A stretch of DNA of 64,000 nucleotides from the IMG/VR virus record IMGVR_UViG_3300021420_000016, positions 64,001-128,000 of that record, one strand, 5' to 3'. Both the position numbers and the translations under genes were made by a program. The notes below the pieces were generated by a model. That model worked only from the letters and a program-made list of their open reading frames with translations. It did not search any database and had not been told where the DNA came from. This document shows positions 35,290 to 46,687 of the stretch, piece by piece. The DNA comes from a virus. Numbering within the stretch: position 1 is the first letter of the stretch; each line of letters opens with the position of its first letter.

Positions 35290-36309
35290 GCAATTCTTGC
35301 CCCCCGCTGCGGGCAGGGCCTTCCACCGGTCGCGCAGGAAGGTGGCGAGTTCCTCGAACACCTTCTCTTCGGCGTCGCCGCTGGTGCAGACGTGGTCCTC
35401 GTCGATGCGCAGTTCCACGGCCTCACTGGCGAGGCTGGCGACCTCTTCGCGGGTGGTGGCCTGCCAGGCATCGGCGACGATCCGCTGCCAGGCTTCGTCC
35501 AGATCAACGGGCGGATCCGCCGGTACCGGGGCGGGCGGGCGGGGCGCAGGGAGGGCGCGGCGCTGCTGACCGGGGGCGGGCGGCAACTGGGCGGCCAGCC
35601 CCTCCCCCAGGGCGCCGGTGACGAGCTCGCGGGGAGTGTTGAGCAGTTCGAACACCGGCACCGGGTACCGGCGGGTCTTCCCGTCGGTGACGCGGCTTTG
35701 GTGGTCGATCCAGAACCGGGCGGGCAGGAAGATCCCGGCAGCGCGGGCCGCTTCCATGATCCGCAGCTTGTAGGCCAGGCCGATAGTGCCGTAGTAGGAC
35801 TTGGTGCTGAACAGCCACGTGCCCGCGTCGGGCAAATCCTGCAGCACGGCGTTGACCCGGGCGACCAGCGCACACGCCTTCGGGGTTTTCAGGGCAGCGA
35901 GGCGGGCGCGTTCCTTCCCCCGGTCCGCTTCGGGGAATCCGGCGAGCAGTGGCGCGCACAGGCACGGCCCACCGGATTTTTGCTCGGTGTCGGAGTCGCA
36001 CCGGCGCGAGCACCCGGCGGCGGTCCACATCTCATACCACATGGTGATGGCGCCGATGTCGGGGGGGATGGTCAGCAGCAGCGCGTCAGCTTTGGTGATC
36101 ACTTCCCACTGGGCGTGGCCGCGGTTGTCCCACGGGCGGGCGGTGCCGCCGTACAGGTCCGCGGCCGCTTCGATGGCGGCACGGGAGGCGGAGGTGAACC
36201 GGAACGTGCTGATGCTCATCGGTTCGCCGCGTTCATTGCGGATGCCGTTGCGGATGACGCCGACCTGGTAGCCGAGCCGCTGCCGTTTGAGGAGGTCATG
36301 GACTGGCAT
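35290..36309 (-). CDS. phiC31/phiBT1 gp3 (recombination directionality factor)-like protein; 3' end uncertain
   Basis: GVIRNG..TFRFTS..AADLYGG...W..WEV..YEMW..GC.RRCD. Confidence 0.65.
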
Positions 36310-37472
36310 CAGGCCGCCTCCGCCAGGCAGGCTGCGGCGGCGGCGCACGCCGCGCACCCGGGGATGGGGGCTTCGCCGTCGAGGTGCAGATCGTGGCCGG
36401 CGAGGAGACCGCGGATCACCGGCAGGGACTTGGGCCCGATCCCGGGCAGTTTGAGGCAGTCGGCGGCGGACAGGCAGGCGAGTTCCGCCAGGGTGTCGAC
36501 GCCAGCTTCGGCGAGACGAGCCGGGACCCGGCCGTGCAGGTCGGCGACCCACGGGGGGCGGAGGGTGCCGTCGGGCAGCAGCGGGCAGGCCACCTCCCCC
36601 AGCCTGGCCGCGACCGCGCGGCGGCCGTCGTACAGTTCGACGGCCCGGCGGAGCCGGTTCCACGCGGCGGCGGCGTCGGCGGGTGAGATGAGGATCAGCC
36701 GGTACCCGTTTTTGAACCCGGGCCGCAGGTGCAGCACCGCGGTGGCGTCGACGGCCGGCATGGCTGCGATCTCCCCCAGGGGGAGCAGCGCTTCGGTGCT
36801 GTGCGCGTACCCGGCGAGCTGCTCGGGGACGGTGACATCCAGGTTCTTGCCGGTTTTGACGTCCACCAGGATCGTCACCGACTGGCCCGGGGCGGCCACG
36901 AGGCGGCCGTCGCGGGCGATCACGACCCCGTGCAGGGTGATGATCATGTCGAGGGTGCCGGCGACGCCGAGGGCAAGGTTGAAGACGATCATTTCGGCGG
37001 CGTCGAACCGGGGGGCGAAGTCGGCGGCGAAGGCGGTGAACCCGTCGATCATCCACGCGACCACGTCGGCCAGCGGCTGGTCGTCATACGTTGCGTTCGC
37101 AAGATGCTCAGGCAGGTCCGGGATGGTGACGTTCGCGCCGTGGCCGGGTTCGGCGGCCCACAGGATCAGCGCTTCCACGACGGCGTGCACGTAGGTGCCG
37201 GCGTCCGCCTTCCGCTGGCGGATGATCTCCGCTTGGTCCTTGGCCAGCTTGACCCCGGCGGCGGGGCCTTCGGTGCGGATGACCCGGGCGATCTGCCGCC
37301 AGTTGGTGACGCAGTATTCGGCGATGACCTTCGCCGACCATGGCACCAGCCACGGCTTGCCGCAGGTGGCGTCCAGTATGCCGGTGTAAGAGGGCAGGCG
37401 GCGGCCGGTGGGCGGGTGAATGTACCAGTGCCCGGTGGCGTCGTGGTCGCGGACCTGCCCGGCGGTGATCAT
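36309..37472 (-). CDS. PD-(D/E)XK exonuclease with C-terminal HhH
   Basis: PSYTGIL; GTYVH; AGTLD..LVDVKTG..QLAGY; LPGIGPKS. Confidence 0.85.
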   Translation of the reverse strand: MITAGQVRDHDATGHWYIHPPTGRRLPSYTGILDATCGKPWLVPWSAKVIAEYCVTNWRQIARVIRTEGPAAGVKLAKDQAEIIRQRKADAGTYVHAVVEALILWAAEPGHGANVTIPDLPEHLANATYDDQPLADVVAWMIDGFTAFAADFAPRFDAAEMIVFNLALGVAGTLDMIITLHGVVIARDGRLVAAPGQSVTILVDVKTGKNLDVTVPEQLAGYAHSTEALLPLGEIAAMPAVDATAVLHLRPGFKNGYRLILISPADAAAAWNRLRRAVELYDGRRAVAARLGEVACPLLPDGTLRPPWVADLHGRVPARLAEAGVDTLAELACLSAADCLKLPGIGPKSLPVIRGLLAGHDLHLDGEAPIPGCAACAAAAACLAEAA

Positions 37473-38498
37473 GCCGCGTGGCCTGTGTCCGCAGGCGCCG
37501 CGAGGCCGGCTTGGCGGCCCCGCGTGCCGGTGCCGTGCAGCAGCAGGTCTTCCAGTGCGGCGACACGCTGGGCGGCGTTGTCCAGCCGGGTTTCGTAGGG
37601 CAGTTCGTCGTCGATACCGAGGGGCCCATCGGCCCATGCCTCGTGGTTGAGCCCGTCGAGGTGCGCGAGGTCGGTGAGGTAGTCCGCCCACGAGCAGCCC
37701 AGGCAGATGCCGCAGGTGCAGTCCAGCGGGAACGGGTCGTCGTTCATGGACGCGTGCACGGTGCTGGCCAGCATGATTTCCCGGACGGCGGGGCCGAATT
37801 TCTCCCAGTCCCGGGCCAGCCACCGCAACGTGGTGCGCCGGTCTTCCACGGTGGGGGTGCGCGCGGTGACGGTCATGCCGGCACCGCCACGGGCAGTTCA
37901 CCGGCGTCGATCGCGCGCAGGATCCCCGAGTCGGTGAGCCAGTCCCGCTGCTCGTCGTATTCGACATCGGGGCCGAACAGGTGGGCGAAGTCGAGCCTGT
38001 TCTGCAGTTCCTGGGCGTGCTCTTGCAGCCGGGCAACCTCGGCCCGCAGCCGGGCGGCTTCCCGGTGTTCGTTCGCCGCGACCCGCTGCGCCATGGCGGC
38101 GAAGGTGGCGGCGACGCCGAACGCGGGTGCCAGCATGGGCGGCAGGACCCGGCCGTAGGCGCGGGCCCGGCCCATCCGCCAGACCTTGGCGGGGACGCGC
38201 CGCGGGGACACCGGGGCATCCGCGATCGGCACGGTCATGAAGTCATCGAGCGGGGCGGTTGCCGCGACCGGCGGCGCGGCGGGCAGGTATTCCTCGTGTG
38301 CTGCGCCACGCTGCTCGCCGGCCAGTCGCTGCATCCAGGCGATGGTGTCCTCGTCGGCGGGCTGCTGCAGTGGTTCCGCTGTGCGGTGCTGCCCCGCGTA
38401 GTCGTAGTCGCGGCTGCCATCCCATCTGTCCGAGCGGACCAGCAGGATGAGGGTGACAATCACCGCGACGATGGCGGCGGCGCAGACGATGAGCAGGA

Positions 38499-38696
38499 TC
38501 ACGCTACGTCCTCCAGGGCTTTGCGCTCCAGCTCGGCGATCTTCTTGTCCAGTTCCTCGGGCGTGTCGGCGTCCTCGGTGGTGCCGCAGCCCGCCGGGTC
38601 GAAACTGTGCGCCGCGGCGGCCCACACGTGGCCGCTGCGGGTCTGGTAGGCGTGCCAGCCGGGGTGATGCTGGCTGATCTCGGTGAGGGTCATCAC
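38499..38696 (-). CDS. small protein similar to 56948..57211
   Basis: HPGWHAY...ADTPEEL vs YPRWHVW...ATDPDEL. Confidence 0.5.
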   Translation of the reverse strand: MMTLTEISQHHPGWHAYQTRSGHVWAAAAHSFDPAGCGTTEDADTPEELDKKIAELERKALEDVA

Positions 38697-38721
38697 CGGG
38701 CCTTCTTTCCGTGCAGAGAGG

Positions 38722-38994
38722 CTAGGCGGCGTCGGGCGTCGCGTCTTCGGCCAGTTCCAGGTCCGGGACCGGCATGAGGTAGATGTCGGCCCACCGCAGG
38801 TTCAGGGCGATGAGGTAGGCGTCCAGCAAGGTCTTGCTGACCGGCCGGCCGGCGCGCTCCAGGTTGCTGATGGTGCCGCTGCCGCGTACAGGGACGCCAC
38901 ATTCGGCCATCCGGCGCTTCACGTCTTCCTGGGACAGGCCCATGCACTTGCGGAGGGTTCCGAGCGAGACACAGGGAAGGCTGCGTGATGACAT
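38722..38994 (-). CDS. Cro-like XRE HTH
   Basis: LRKCMGLSQEDV..GTISNLE; first gene of the leftward early operon. Confidence 0.7.
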   Translation of the reverse strand: MSSRSLPCVSLGTLRKCMGLSQEDVKRRMAECGVPVRGSGTISNLERAGRPVSKTLLDAYLIALNLRWADIYLMPVPDLELAEDATPDAA

Positions 38995-39139
38995 AGTGAA
39001 AGGATAGGGAAAGAACCGGAAAGTGCGCAAGAGATTCTGGGGATGTCTTCGTGGAAAGTTGGCGTCATACGCGCTACCCTGCCTGGAGATGGCAGAGCCG
39101 CCGCATCCCCCGACGACGAAGGCCGCAGGATCCACGGGC

Positions 39140-39724
39140 ATGACAGTTTTTGCTGCAGACGACGAGCTGGCTGGGTACCGGAAGGGCCTCGGCCGGCACG
39201 CTCGCCGCCGCCGCCGGTTCCTGAATCTCACCATGAGGGATGTCGCGGCCCGCGGTGGCCCGTCGGTGGTGACGCTGCGGCAACTGGAAAAAGGCGACGA
39301 CGTCGCCTGGCACCCCACTACGCTGCGCAAACTCGACAGGGCGCTGGACTGGGTGCCCGGCTCCGCCTCGGCCACCCTGGAAGGCGGCAGGCCGTCGGAA
39401 CTGACGCTGTCGGTGCCGCCGGACCGCAGCCGGCCGAAGGGCGTTAGCCCAGGGCTGCGGCTCATGGCCGATATCGCCAGGGTGCTGTACGCCGCCGGCC
39501 GCAGCACCGACGAGGTCACCGGCCTGTTCGCCGAACTGGGCCTGCCCCGGCACAGTGACCTGGAAATCCACGAGTGGATGCTCGTGGCGCAAATGCTTGG
39601 CGTCACCCTCGGCACAGTGCTCACGGAGTTCAACGTGGTCACCGCCGACGATCTGGCACTGGAGTTCGCCCCGTCCCCCCTGCCGCCGGTGCCTGGTCTG
39701 CGTGAGGAGCGCCGCCGGGCCTGA
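39140..39724 (+). CDS. CI-like XRE repressor
   Basis: RRRRFLNLTMRDVAARGGPSVVTLRQLEKG..TLRKLDRALDW; divergent from cro-like gene. Confidence 0.7.
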   Translation: MTVFAADDELAGYRKGLGRHARRRRRFLNLTMRDVAARGGPSVVTLRQLEKGDDVAWHPTTLRKLDRALDWVPGSASATLEGGRPSELTLSVPPDRSRPKGVSPGLRLMADIARVLYAAGRSTDEVTGLFAELGLPRHSDLEIHEWMLVAQMLGVTLGTVLTEFNVVTADDLALEFAPSPLPPVPGLREERRRA

Positions 39725-39744
39725 CATCAGAGGGGGGAACCACT

Positions 39745-40698
39745 GTGCCGTGGTGGCGCCGTGACCGCGCCTTGCGCCGTCGTGACCGTGACCGTATCCA
39801 GATCGCGACCCTGACCGAGATTGCCCAGCTCCGCGAGATGCTGTCTCGCGCGCAGGACCGGAACGCCGGCCCGGTGCACCCGCTGCTACTCCAGGCGGTC
39901 GCCGCCCCGGGCCGCGACGGGGACCTGCTGCGCCTGCAGGCCCGCGGCGTGGAATTCCTGGCCATTGTCGCCCCGGGCACCGATTCTGCCGAGAGCATCT
40001 GGGAACGCGCCGCCGGGCTGGCTGTCGCCGTGGGCGCTGCGGGGCGCCCGGTCGCCGGGCCGCATGAGGTGGTCCAGGTCGCCTACCGCGTGTTCCCCGA
40101 CGGCTTGCACGCCATCGGGGTCGCCGGGCGACGGCAGGGGGAACTGCTCGCTTTCGTGTCCACGTCGCTGCATCCCGCTGACCAGCGGGCAGCGGTGCGC
40201 CGCCTGGACCGCGCGGCGCCCGGCCGGCACAGCATCATGCCCCTGGCGGCGCCTGCGCCGTTCGCCTTACTGTTCCGCCACCACCCCGTCGCTGCCGCGA
40301 TCGGCACAGCAGCCGCCGGGACCGCAACGGCCGCCACGATCGTGGCTCTGCAAGCGCCCCCCGCCGCCCCGTTCTTGCGCCCGCAGCCCAGGGCACTGCC
40401 GACGCCTGCGGTGCACACGGCGCGGGCCGCTCCTGCTGCCCCCGCCCAGATCGGCCACCGGCGGCACCACCGCCGTGGCCTGCGGGACAACTCCCGCGCG
40501 GGGCAGTTGCAGCGGATCCACGCGGTGCACGCGAGTACCCCGTTCACGGCGCCGATGATCCCCGCGGCATCTCCGTCCCCCACCGGGCTGCTCCCGCCGT
40601 TCCCGGCGCCGGTACAGACACCCGGGCGGGCCTGCGTGGAAATCGTGCACGTCAAGGTGTGCGCGCAAGTGACGCCGCCACCCGTGCTGCGGTTCTAG
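39745..40698 (+). CDS. hypothetical membrane-anchored protein
   Basis: follows repressor, RBS GAGGGG. Confidence 0.45.
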   Translation: MPWWRRDRALRRRDRDRIQIATLTEIAQLREMLSRAQDRNAGPVHPLLLQAVAAPGRDGDLLRLQARGVEFLAIVAPGTDSAESIWERAAGLAVAVGAAGRPVAGPHEVVQVAYRVFPDGLHAIGVAGRRQGELLAFVSTSLHPADQRAAVRRLDRAAPGRHSIMPLAAPAPFALLFRHHPVAAAIGTAAAGTATAATIVALQAPPAAPFLRPQPRALPTPAVHTARAAPAAPAQIGHRRHHRRGLRDNSRAGQLQRIHAVHASTPFTAPMIPAASPSPTGLLPPFPAPVQTPGRACVEIVHVKVCAQVTPPPVLRF

Positions 40699-41184
40699 GC
40701 AGGAAGGGCTAGCGGGCCCCTGCCGCGCCCCGCAGCGAGGTCACCGAAGCGCCGCGATCCCGGTCGGCCATCGCCTGGTACATGGTGTCTGCGCCGAGCT
40801 GAAACACCTCGACGGTCCGGCCGAAAACGGCGACGAGCCACAGGGCTGTCGTGACGAAGCCCAGGGTGGCTGCGGCGGCCATCGCTACGGCCACTGACCC
40901 GGCAGATGCTCCCGTCAGCCACACGTAAAGGCCCCAGCCCCAGAACGCGGCGCTGGCCCCAGTGCCAGCGATGGCAAGCCTTTTCACGCGGCCCCTCCCC
41001 TGTCTCGGCCGTACCTGCTCATACCAGGCGGCACAGTAGCCGCGTGCCCGGTTTACCACTGGAAGCTTACTGAGTGCAACCACTGTGTTCACGTTTCGGC
41101 CTCCCAGTTGTGACTTGCCGTTACCGGGGCACATATGACCAGTCCGTCTTCGGTGCCGTTGCCGGATCGGATGGCATCGGCGGG

Positions 41185-41928
41185 CTAAGCAGCCCTGCGG
41201 GCGAACTGGGGGCCGAGATCGGTGCGCGATGCCTGGCGGATGGCCCGCTCGATCCGCGCTTGGCCCGCTGGGTCCTGGAGAACCTTCCAGTAGGCGTACG
41301 TCCCCGGCTCCATCCGCCATCCGTGCCCGCTGATCCGCCGGGTGACGACGGCACAGCCGGAGTCAAGGGAGGCATTGGTTGCCGCCCAGAACACCGACCC
41401 GGAGGTGCGGCCAACGACGGGGGCGAGGTCGGCGACCCAGCCGGCCCGGTAGTGATCCCAGAACCCCGAGCCGGCGAAGTCCTGCCGGGTGAATGGTGGC
41501 CATTGCGGCTCCGGGAGATCCGCGCGGGGCATCCCCGACCATGCGGGCAGATTGTCCCAGTCTTCGTCGGCATAGAACGGGAAGATGGCGGTGATGCCGC
41601 CGCCGTCGCGCCAGCCGAACAGGGAGCCGTCCCGCGGGATGGGCACCGCCGAGGCGACTAGGCGCGCGGCGTCGCCAGGGATGCCCCCGCCGAGGCTTTC
41701 GACCCCGCCAGCGGAATCTGCGATCACGCTATCCCGGGCGTTTTTCCAGGGCGACAGGGTGATGAACGGGCGCGGGATGCCACTGAGGACGCGCTGCAGA
41801 ATGTGGAACGCACGGCCGGGGCTGCCCAGGACCATCCGGTCCTGGGTGCCGTCGGCAGTGACGGGCTCGACCGCGAGCGGGTAGGTGTCGAACAGTGCAC
41901 TAAATTCCTCGTACAGGGTGCCAGGCAT
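41185..41928 (-). CDS. hypothetical protein
   Basis: RBS AAGGAG, 247 aa. Confidence 0.55.
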   Translation of the reverse strand: MPGTLYEEFSALFDTYPLAVEPVTADGTQDRMVLGSPGRAFHILQRVLSGIPRPFITLSPWKNARDSVIADSAGGVESLGGGIPGDAARLVASAVPIPRDGSLFGWRDGGGITAIFPFYADEDWDNLPAWSGMPRADLPEPQWPPFTRQDFAGSGFWDHYRAGWVADLAPVVGRTSGSVFWAATNASLDSGCAVVTRRISGHGWRMEPGTYAYWKVLQDPAGQARIERAIRQASRTDLGPQFARRAA

Positions 41929-42030
41929 CTGATGTGGCTCCTTCAATTCATTTCGGTTCTGGCCGGCCCGTAATTTTGGCAGCCGGTTTTGCGCCGCGCG
42001 TAAGGCCCCTTCTCTTTCGCCTTCCTTTTG

Positions 42031-43230
42031 TCAGCCCACGCGGCCTACCGGTTGCGGCCCCAGCAGTACTTCATCGATTCGGTTCCTTCCCCAAGTGCGG
42101 CTGCGGCCGGGGAACATTCCCGCCAGCCGGCGGTCCGTTAGGGGTTTGCCTCTTACGACCGAGCGCCGGTAGGCCTCGCGCGCTTCGCGGGCCTGCGCCT
42201 CGCGGTCGAGCGGAACGGCGGCCGCTGCGGGTGGCCCGCTGGCCCCTGGCGCGCCGGTGGCTTCTGGCGTAGGCTCCTGGCCCGGCGAGCCGGTGGCTCC
42301 CAGGGTGGCTCCCGCCACCGGCCCCCCGGTAGAAGCCGGTGGCTCTCCGGTGGCCTTTCCGATGGCTTCTGCGGGTGGCATGTCCGTGGCACGCCCGCCG
42401 GTGGCACGCCGGGTGGCTTCCCTGGCTCCTGGCTCGTGCCGTTTGTGGCCGATCGCCACGGAGGGCCGATCCTGGAGAACAGCATCGGCGACGGCAGTGG
42501 CGACCGCCGACTCCCATCCGCCAGTGAGTCCCTCCCCCACCGCCGCAGTGACAGCCGCAGTGACAGCGTCGCCCAGGCGCCCCTTGCGGATGTTCGACCG
42601 CAGCAGCGCTGGCGCGTGCGCGAAGTACCGCCACCGGCCGCCGTACTGGGCCCGGGCCAGGTCCCGCATGTGCTTGCGGGCGTCTTCGAGGGCGCAGGCC
42701 AGCCGGTAGGACTGGATGTTCTGCAGCACCATGCGCCGCTTCAGCTTCACCGTCCCCCACGGGTCGAGCACCCACCTTGCCAGCGGCACCGGGTCGGCGT
42801 GTTCCACCTGCCGGATGTCGGCAAGCTGCCGCCACCGGGTGAGCTCCAGGAACACGATCCACAGCGCGGGCATGATCGCGTGCAGGGTGCGGCCCAGCCA
42901 GTCGTGCGGCGGGCTGCCGTGGATGTTGACGTAGATGGTGCCCAGCGACAGCGCCCACGCCAGCGCCCGGGGCACCAGGTCGCTGCGCTTGCGCCGGCGC
43001 AGCTTGGCGGCCTCGTTCATCAGCGCCAGAATGCCGACGTCGATGCCGATGGGGTACAGCGCCGGCCAGCCGGGCAGCCCGTGCGCGGCGGCCTGGCGGG
43101 AAACCGTCTGGAACGACACCGCGAACCCGATCCCGGCGACGCCGAGCAGCAGCGGGTTGTCGGCCAGCGGGCTCGCGGTGACCGCGGCCCAGCCACTTTT
43201 CAGCCCAGATTTGGCCTGAATCCTTGACAT
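42031..43230 (-). CDS. DUF2637-type membrane protein of actinomycete conjugative elements
   Basis: GFAVSF..YPIGID; four TM segments; PLARW..P. Confidence 0.7.
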   Translation of the reverse strand: MSRIQAKSGLKSGWAAVTASPLADNPLLLGVAGIGFAVSFQTVSRQAAAHGLPGWPALYPIGIDVGILALMNEAAKLRRRKRSDLVPRALAWALSLGTIYVNIHGSPPHDWLGRTLHAIMPALWIVFLELTRWRQLADIRQVEHADPVPLARWVLDPWGTVKLKRRMVLQNIQSYRLACALEDARKHMRDLARAQYGGRWRYFAHAPALLRSNIRKGRLGDAVTAAVTAAVGEGLTGGWESAVATAVADAVLQDRPSVAIGHKRHEPGAREATRRATGGRATDMPPAEAIGKATGEPPASTGGPVAGATLGATGSPGQEPTPEATGAPGASGPPAAAAVPLDREAQAREAREAYRRSVVRGKPLTDRRLAGMFPGRSRTWGRNRIDEVLLGPQPVGRVG

Positions 43231-44659
43231 GGTGGCTCCCTTATGGTCTAATCGCGCGCGTGCACGCGTATACGCCTATACCTGTGTACGCATAGGGCGC
43301 CTGAACAGGCGCCCCTCCCCCGGGGGAGGGGAGGGGCTGCGGCCGTCACGGCGCACCCCAGGCCGGGAACGGCCTGCCGTAGCCGGGGCAGTCCGGCGCC
43401 CCGTCCCAGTCGAATGGGTCAAAGATGGCCCTGGTGAGGCGAGGTAGCGGGCCGGTGCTGTAATAGGCCGCGCACCGCTGGGCCAGTTCCGCAGCCTCAT
43501 CGAGACTGGAGCGCCCAGTGGAACCTAGGCCGGCGGCGAGGGTGTCCCAGCCTGTGTACACCCACACTCCCCCGCCCGCGGCGGCGGCGGCCGCCCGCTG
43601 CTGCCATGCGCAGCCGATGACGTAGCCGTCAGCGTCTGCGGGGCCGCCGTAGGCGGCGTAGAAGCAGATCACGATTGCGGCGCTGGGGACGCCGGGCCGC
43701 AGCCAGCGGACGGCAAACGCCTGGCCGCCGGCGCACCCGTCATCCTGGGCGACAGCGGCATCCCACGTCCGGTACGGCTCCCCGGCGGGGATCCACCGCT
43801 CGCGACCGGGGGCCGGCGCGGGTGCCGCCGGGTGCCGCCAGCGCCTCAGCACGGTGGCACCCCATTCCAGGACAGGCACGCCGGGAGGCCACCAGGGAAG
43901 CCACCCCACGTGCCACCGCAAGCCAATGCCACGACGGCATCAAGAGCCGCGTCGATGGCACTTTCTGGCTTGGCGAACCACAGCCGGGCGTGGTCCGTGC
44001 CGTAGGCCTGCCACGGGCCGCATGCCAGCCGGTACCGGCACGCGACCCCGTACGAGGGCCACCCGGGCTCCTGCCCGGTGGCGTACAGCCAGACGGTCAC
44101 CTGAGCACTGGGCTGGCCGGGCCGGGTGAACCGGGCCCCGTACGCGACGTCACTGACGCAATAGCGGTCAGACGCAAGCGCGGAATCGCAGGCCTGCGGT
44201 TCGCCGCCGTCCGGCAGCCATTTCAGTTCGGCCTGCGCGGGCACTAATGCGGGCGCGGGAATTGTCATGACAGGCCTCCTTTATTCCGGCCTTCGCCTAG
44301 TGTTGATGACGATGGCGACTATGGCGCCGGCAACGATGGCGACGGCGGCCACGAGCGGCCAGCCCGACAGCAGTGAATGTGCCGGGGAATGCGCGGCCTG
44401 GTGGATGATGATCGTCCGCCGCGGAGCGGCCGCCGGCGGCGTGGCGTGGCCGGCCCGGGCGGCGAAGCACGCCAGCCCGGCTGCGGCCAGCAGCGCGGCG
44501 ATCCAGCCGCCGGAATGTGAACACGACGCTGGCAGTGCTGGCGCGGGCCGCATGAGCCACCAGAGAACGGCGATGATCGCGGCAATGATCGCGGTGGCGA
44601 GAACATGGTGGCCGGCCCAGTGGGCGATCACGCCCAGCACGTGGGGGGCGGTGGCTGTG

Positions 44660-46681
44660 TTACGCATTGGCGGGCCTGCTTTCGGTTGTGCCGCGCAGTT
44701 CTGCGAGGAGCCCCGGCAGCTCGTCCGGAAGCACCAGCACGTCCCTGGCCTTGGAGCCCTCGCTCGGCCCGACGATCCCCCGGCTCTCCAGCAGATCCAT
44801 GAGCCGGCCGGCCTTGGCGAAGCCGGCCCGCATTTTGCGCTGCAGCATCGAGGTGGAGCCGAACTGGGTGCTGACCACGAGCTCCGCCGCCCGGACGAGG
44901 TCTTCGAGGTCGTCGCCGATGTCGAGGTCACCCCGGACCGGGCCTTCGGCCTCGGGGGCCACCTCTACCAGCTCAGGGGGGGCGAATGCAGCCTTGGCCA
45001 TCTTCACGTAGTCGTGGATCTCCGCCTCGGTGACGAACGCGTTCTGCACCCGCAGCGGCTTGCTCACGCCCATCGGCAGGAACAGCGAGTCGCCCTGGCC
45101 GAGGAGTTTCTCCGCGCCGCCCTGGTCCAGGATGACCCGGCTGTCGGTGGCGCTCGCAGCGGCGAACGCCAGCCGGGACGGCACGTTCGCCTTGATCAGC
45201 CCGGTCACCACGTCCACCGACGGCCGCTGGGTGGCGAGCACCAGGTGGATGCCGGCCGCCCGGGCGAGCTGGGTGATCCGGACCACGGCGTCTTCCACGT
45301 CGCGTGGCGCGATCATCATCAGGTCGGCCAGTTCGTCGACGATCACCAGCAGGTACGGGTACGGCAGGAACACCCGGTCACTGCCCGGAGGGGTCTTCAC
45401 CTTCCCGGCGCGGACCGCTTTGTTGAAGTCGTCAACGTGGCGGAACCCGGCGGCCTGCAGGTCGTCGTAGCGCCGGTCCATCTCCCCGACGACCCAGCCG
45501 AGCGCCTCGGCGGCCTTCTTCGGGCTGGTGATGATCGGCGTGATCAGGTGCGGGATGCCCTGGTAGATCGCCAGCTCGACACGCTTGGGGTCGATGAGGA
45601 TCATCCGCACCTCATCCGGGGTGGCCCGGGCCAGGATCGACGTGATCAGCCCATTCACGCAGGTACTTTTGCCCGATCCCGTACTTCCGGCAATGATGAT
45701 GTGAGGCATCTTCGCGAGGTTGGCGACGACCGCGGCACCTTCGACGTCCTTGCCTAGGCCGACCGTCAGGGGATGGTGGTCGGCCATGGCGATCGGCGAG
45801 CGCAGAACGTCGCCTAGGCGCACGATCTCCCGGTCGGCATTGGGGACCTGGATTCCGACGGCCGACTCCCCTTCGACGGGGGACTGGATCCAGATGTTCG
45901 CGCTCTTCACTGCGTACGCGATGTTTCTGGTGAGCTGGGTGACCCGCTCCACCTTGACGCGGGGCCCGAGGGTGACCTTGTAGAGGGTGACGGTCGGCCC
46001 GCGACTGAACCCGGTCACTTGGGCGTCCACGTCGAATTGCCCGAAAACTTCGTCGATAGCCCGTATGACGGTGTCGTTGGCTTCGGTGCGCGGCGCGCTC
46101 GCATACCCGGTGACCAGAGAGCCGGGACCGAGGGGCTGCTGGGCGGCTCGCGGCGCAGTGTGCGGCACCGGCTCGTAGCGTTCGGCGAGGATTTCCGCGT
46201 GCACCGGGGTGTCCGGCGCGGAATCTTCCGGCGGCGCCGCGGCGCCGTTTCCCTGGCCGAGCGGGCGCAGCTCGCCGCGCAGGGTGCGGTGGGCGGGGGT
46301 GGCGTGCTCGATGCGCCGGTCCCACAGCAGCGGGAAGCACAAGGCCGTGCCGCCGGCCCACAGCAGCCCTTGCAGGATCCAGCCGGCCAGCCCGTGGAAC
46401 GGGCCGTGGACGGAGGCGACCGGCAGCCAGATGGCCCCGCCGGCCCACAGCCGCAGCGCCACCATTTCCATGGCCGGGTGGCTGCGCACCGCGTGAATGG
46501 CCCATCCGGTGGCACCGGCGATGGCCACGACGGGGATCCCGAGGGCGAGCAGGCCGGCGGCCCAGTGCCCGAAGACGGCCACGGCGTCCGCGGCGGCCAT
46601 CCAGGCGAAGGGCACCAGGACGGGCCGGTGGGCGTGCACCACCGCACCGGTCTCTGTCGCTGCCCGCTCGCCGTCACGCAT
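44660..46681 (-). CDS. ftsK: FtsK/SpoIIIE DNA translocase with gamma domain
   Basis: N-terminal TMs; AGSTGSGKS; VDELADLM; ATQRPSVD; [21 protein letters not shown]. Confidence 0.93.
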   Translation of the reverse strand: MRDGERAATETGAVVHAHRPVLVPFAWMAAADAVAVFGHWAAGLLALGIPVVAIAGATGWAIHAVRSHPAMEMVALRLWAGGAIWLPVASVHGPFHGLAGWILQGLLWAGGTALCFPLLWDRRIEHATPAHRTLRGELRPLGQGNGAAAPPEDSAPDTPVHAEILAERYEPVPHTAPRAAQQPLGPGSLVTGYASAPRTEANDTVIRAIDEVFGQFDVDAQVTGFSRGPTVTLYKVTLGPRVKVERVTQLTRNIAYAVKSANIWIQSPVEGESAVGIQVPNADREIVRLGDVLRSPIAMADHHPLTVGLGKDVEGAAVVANLAKMPHIIIAGSTGSGKSTCVNGLITSILARATPDEVRMILIDPKRVELAIYQGIPHLITPIITSPKKAAEALGWVVGEMDRRYDDLQAAGFRHVDDFNKAVRAGKVKTPPGSDRVFLPYPYLLVIVDELADLMMIAPRDVEDAVVRITQLARAAGIHLVLATQRPSVDVVTGLIKANVPSRLAFAAASATDSRVILDQGGAEKLLGQGDSLFLPMGVSKPLRVQNAFVTEAEIHDYVKMAKAAFAPPELVEVAPEAEGPVRGDLDIGDDLEDLVRAAELVVSTQFGSTSMLQRKMRAGFAKAGRLMDLLESRGIVGPSEGSKARDVLVLPDELPGLLAELRGTTESRPANA

Positions 46682-46687
46682 GGCTGA

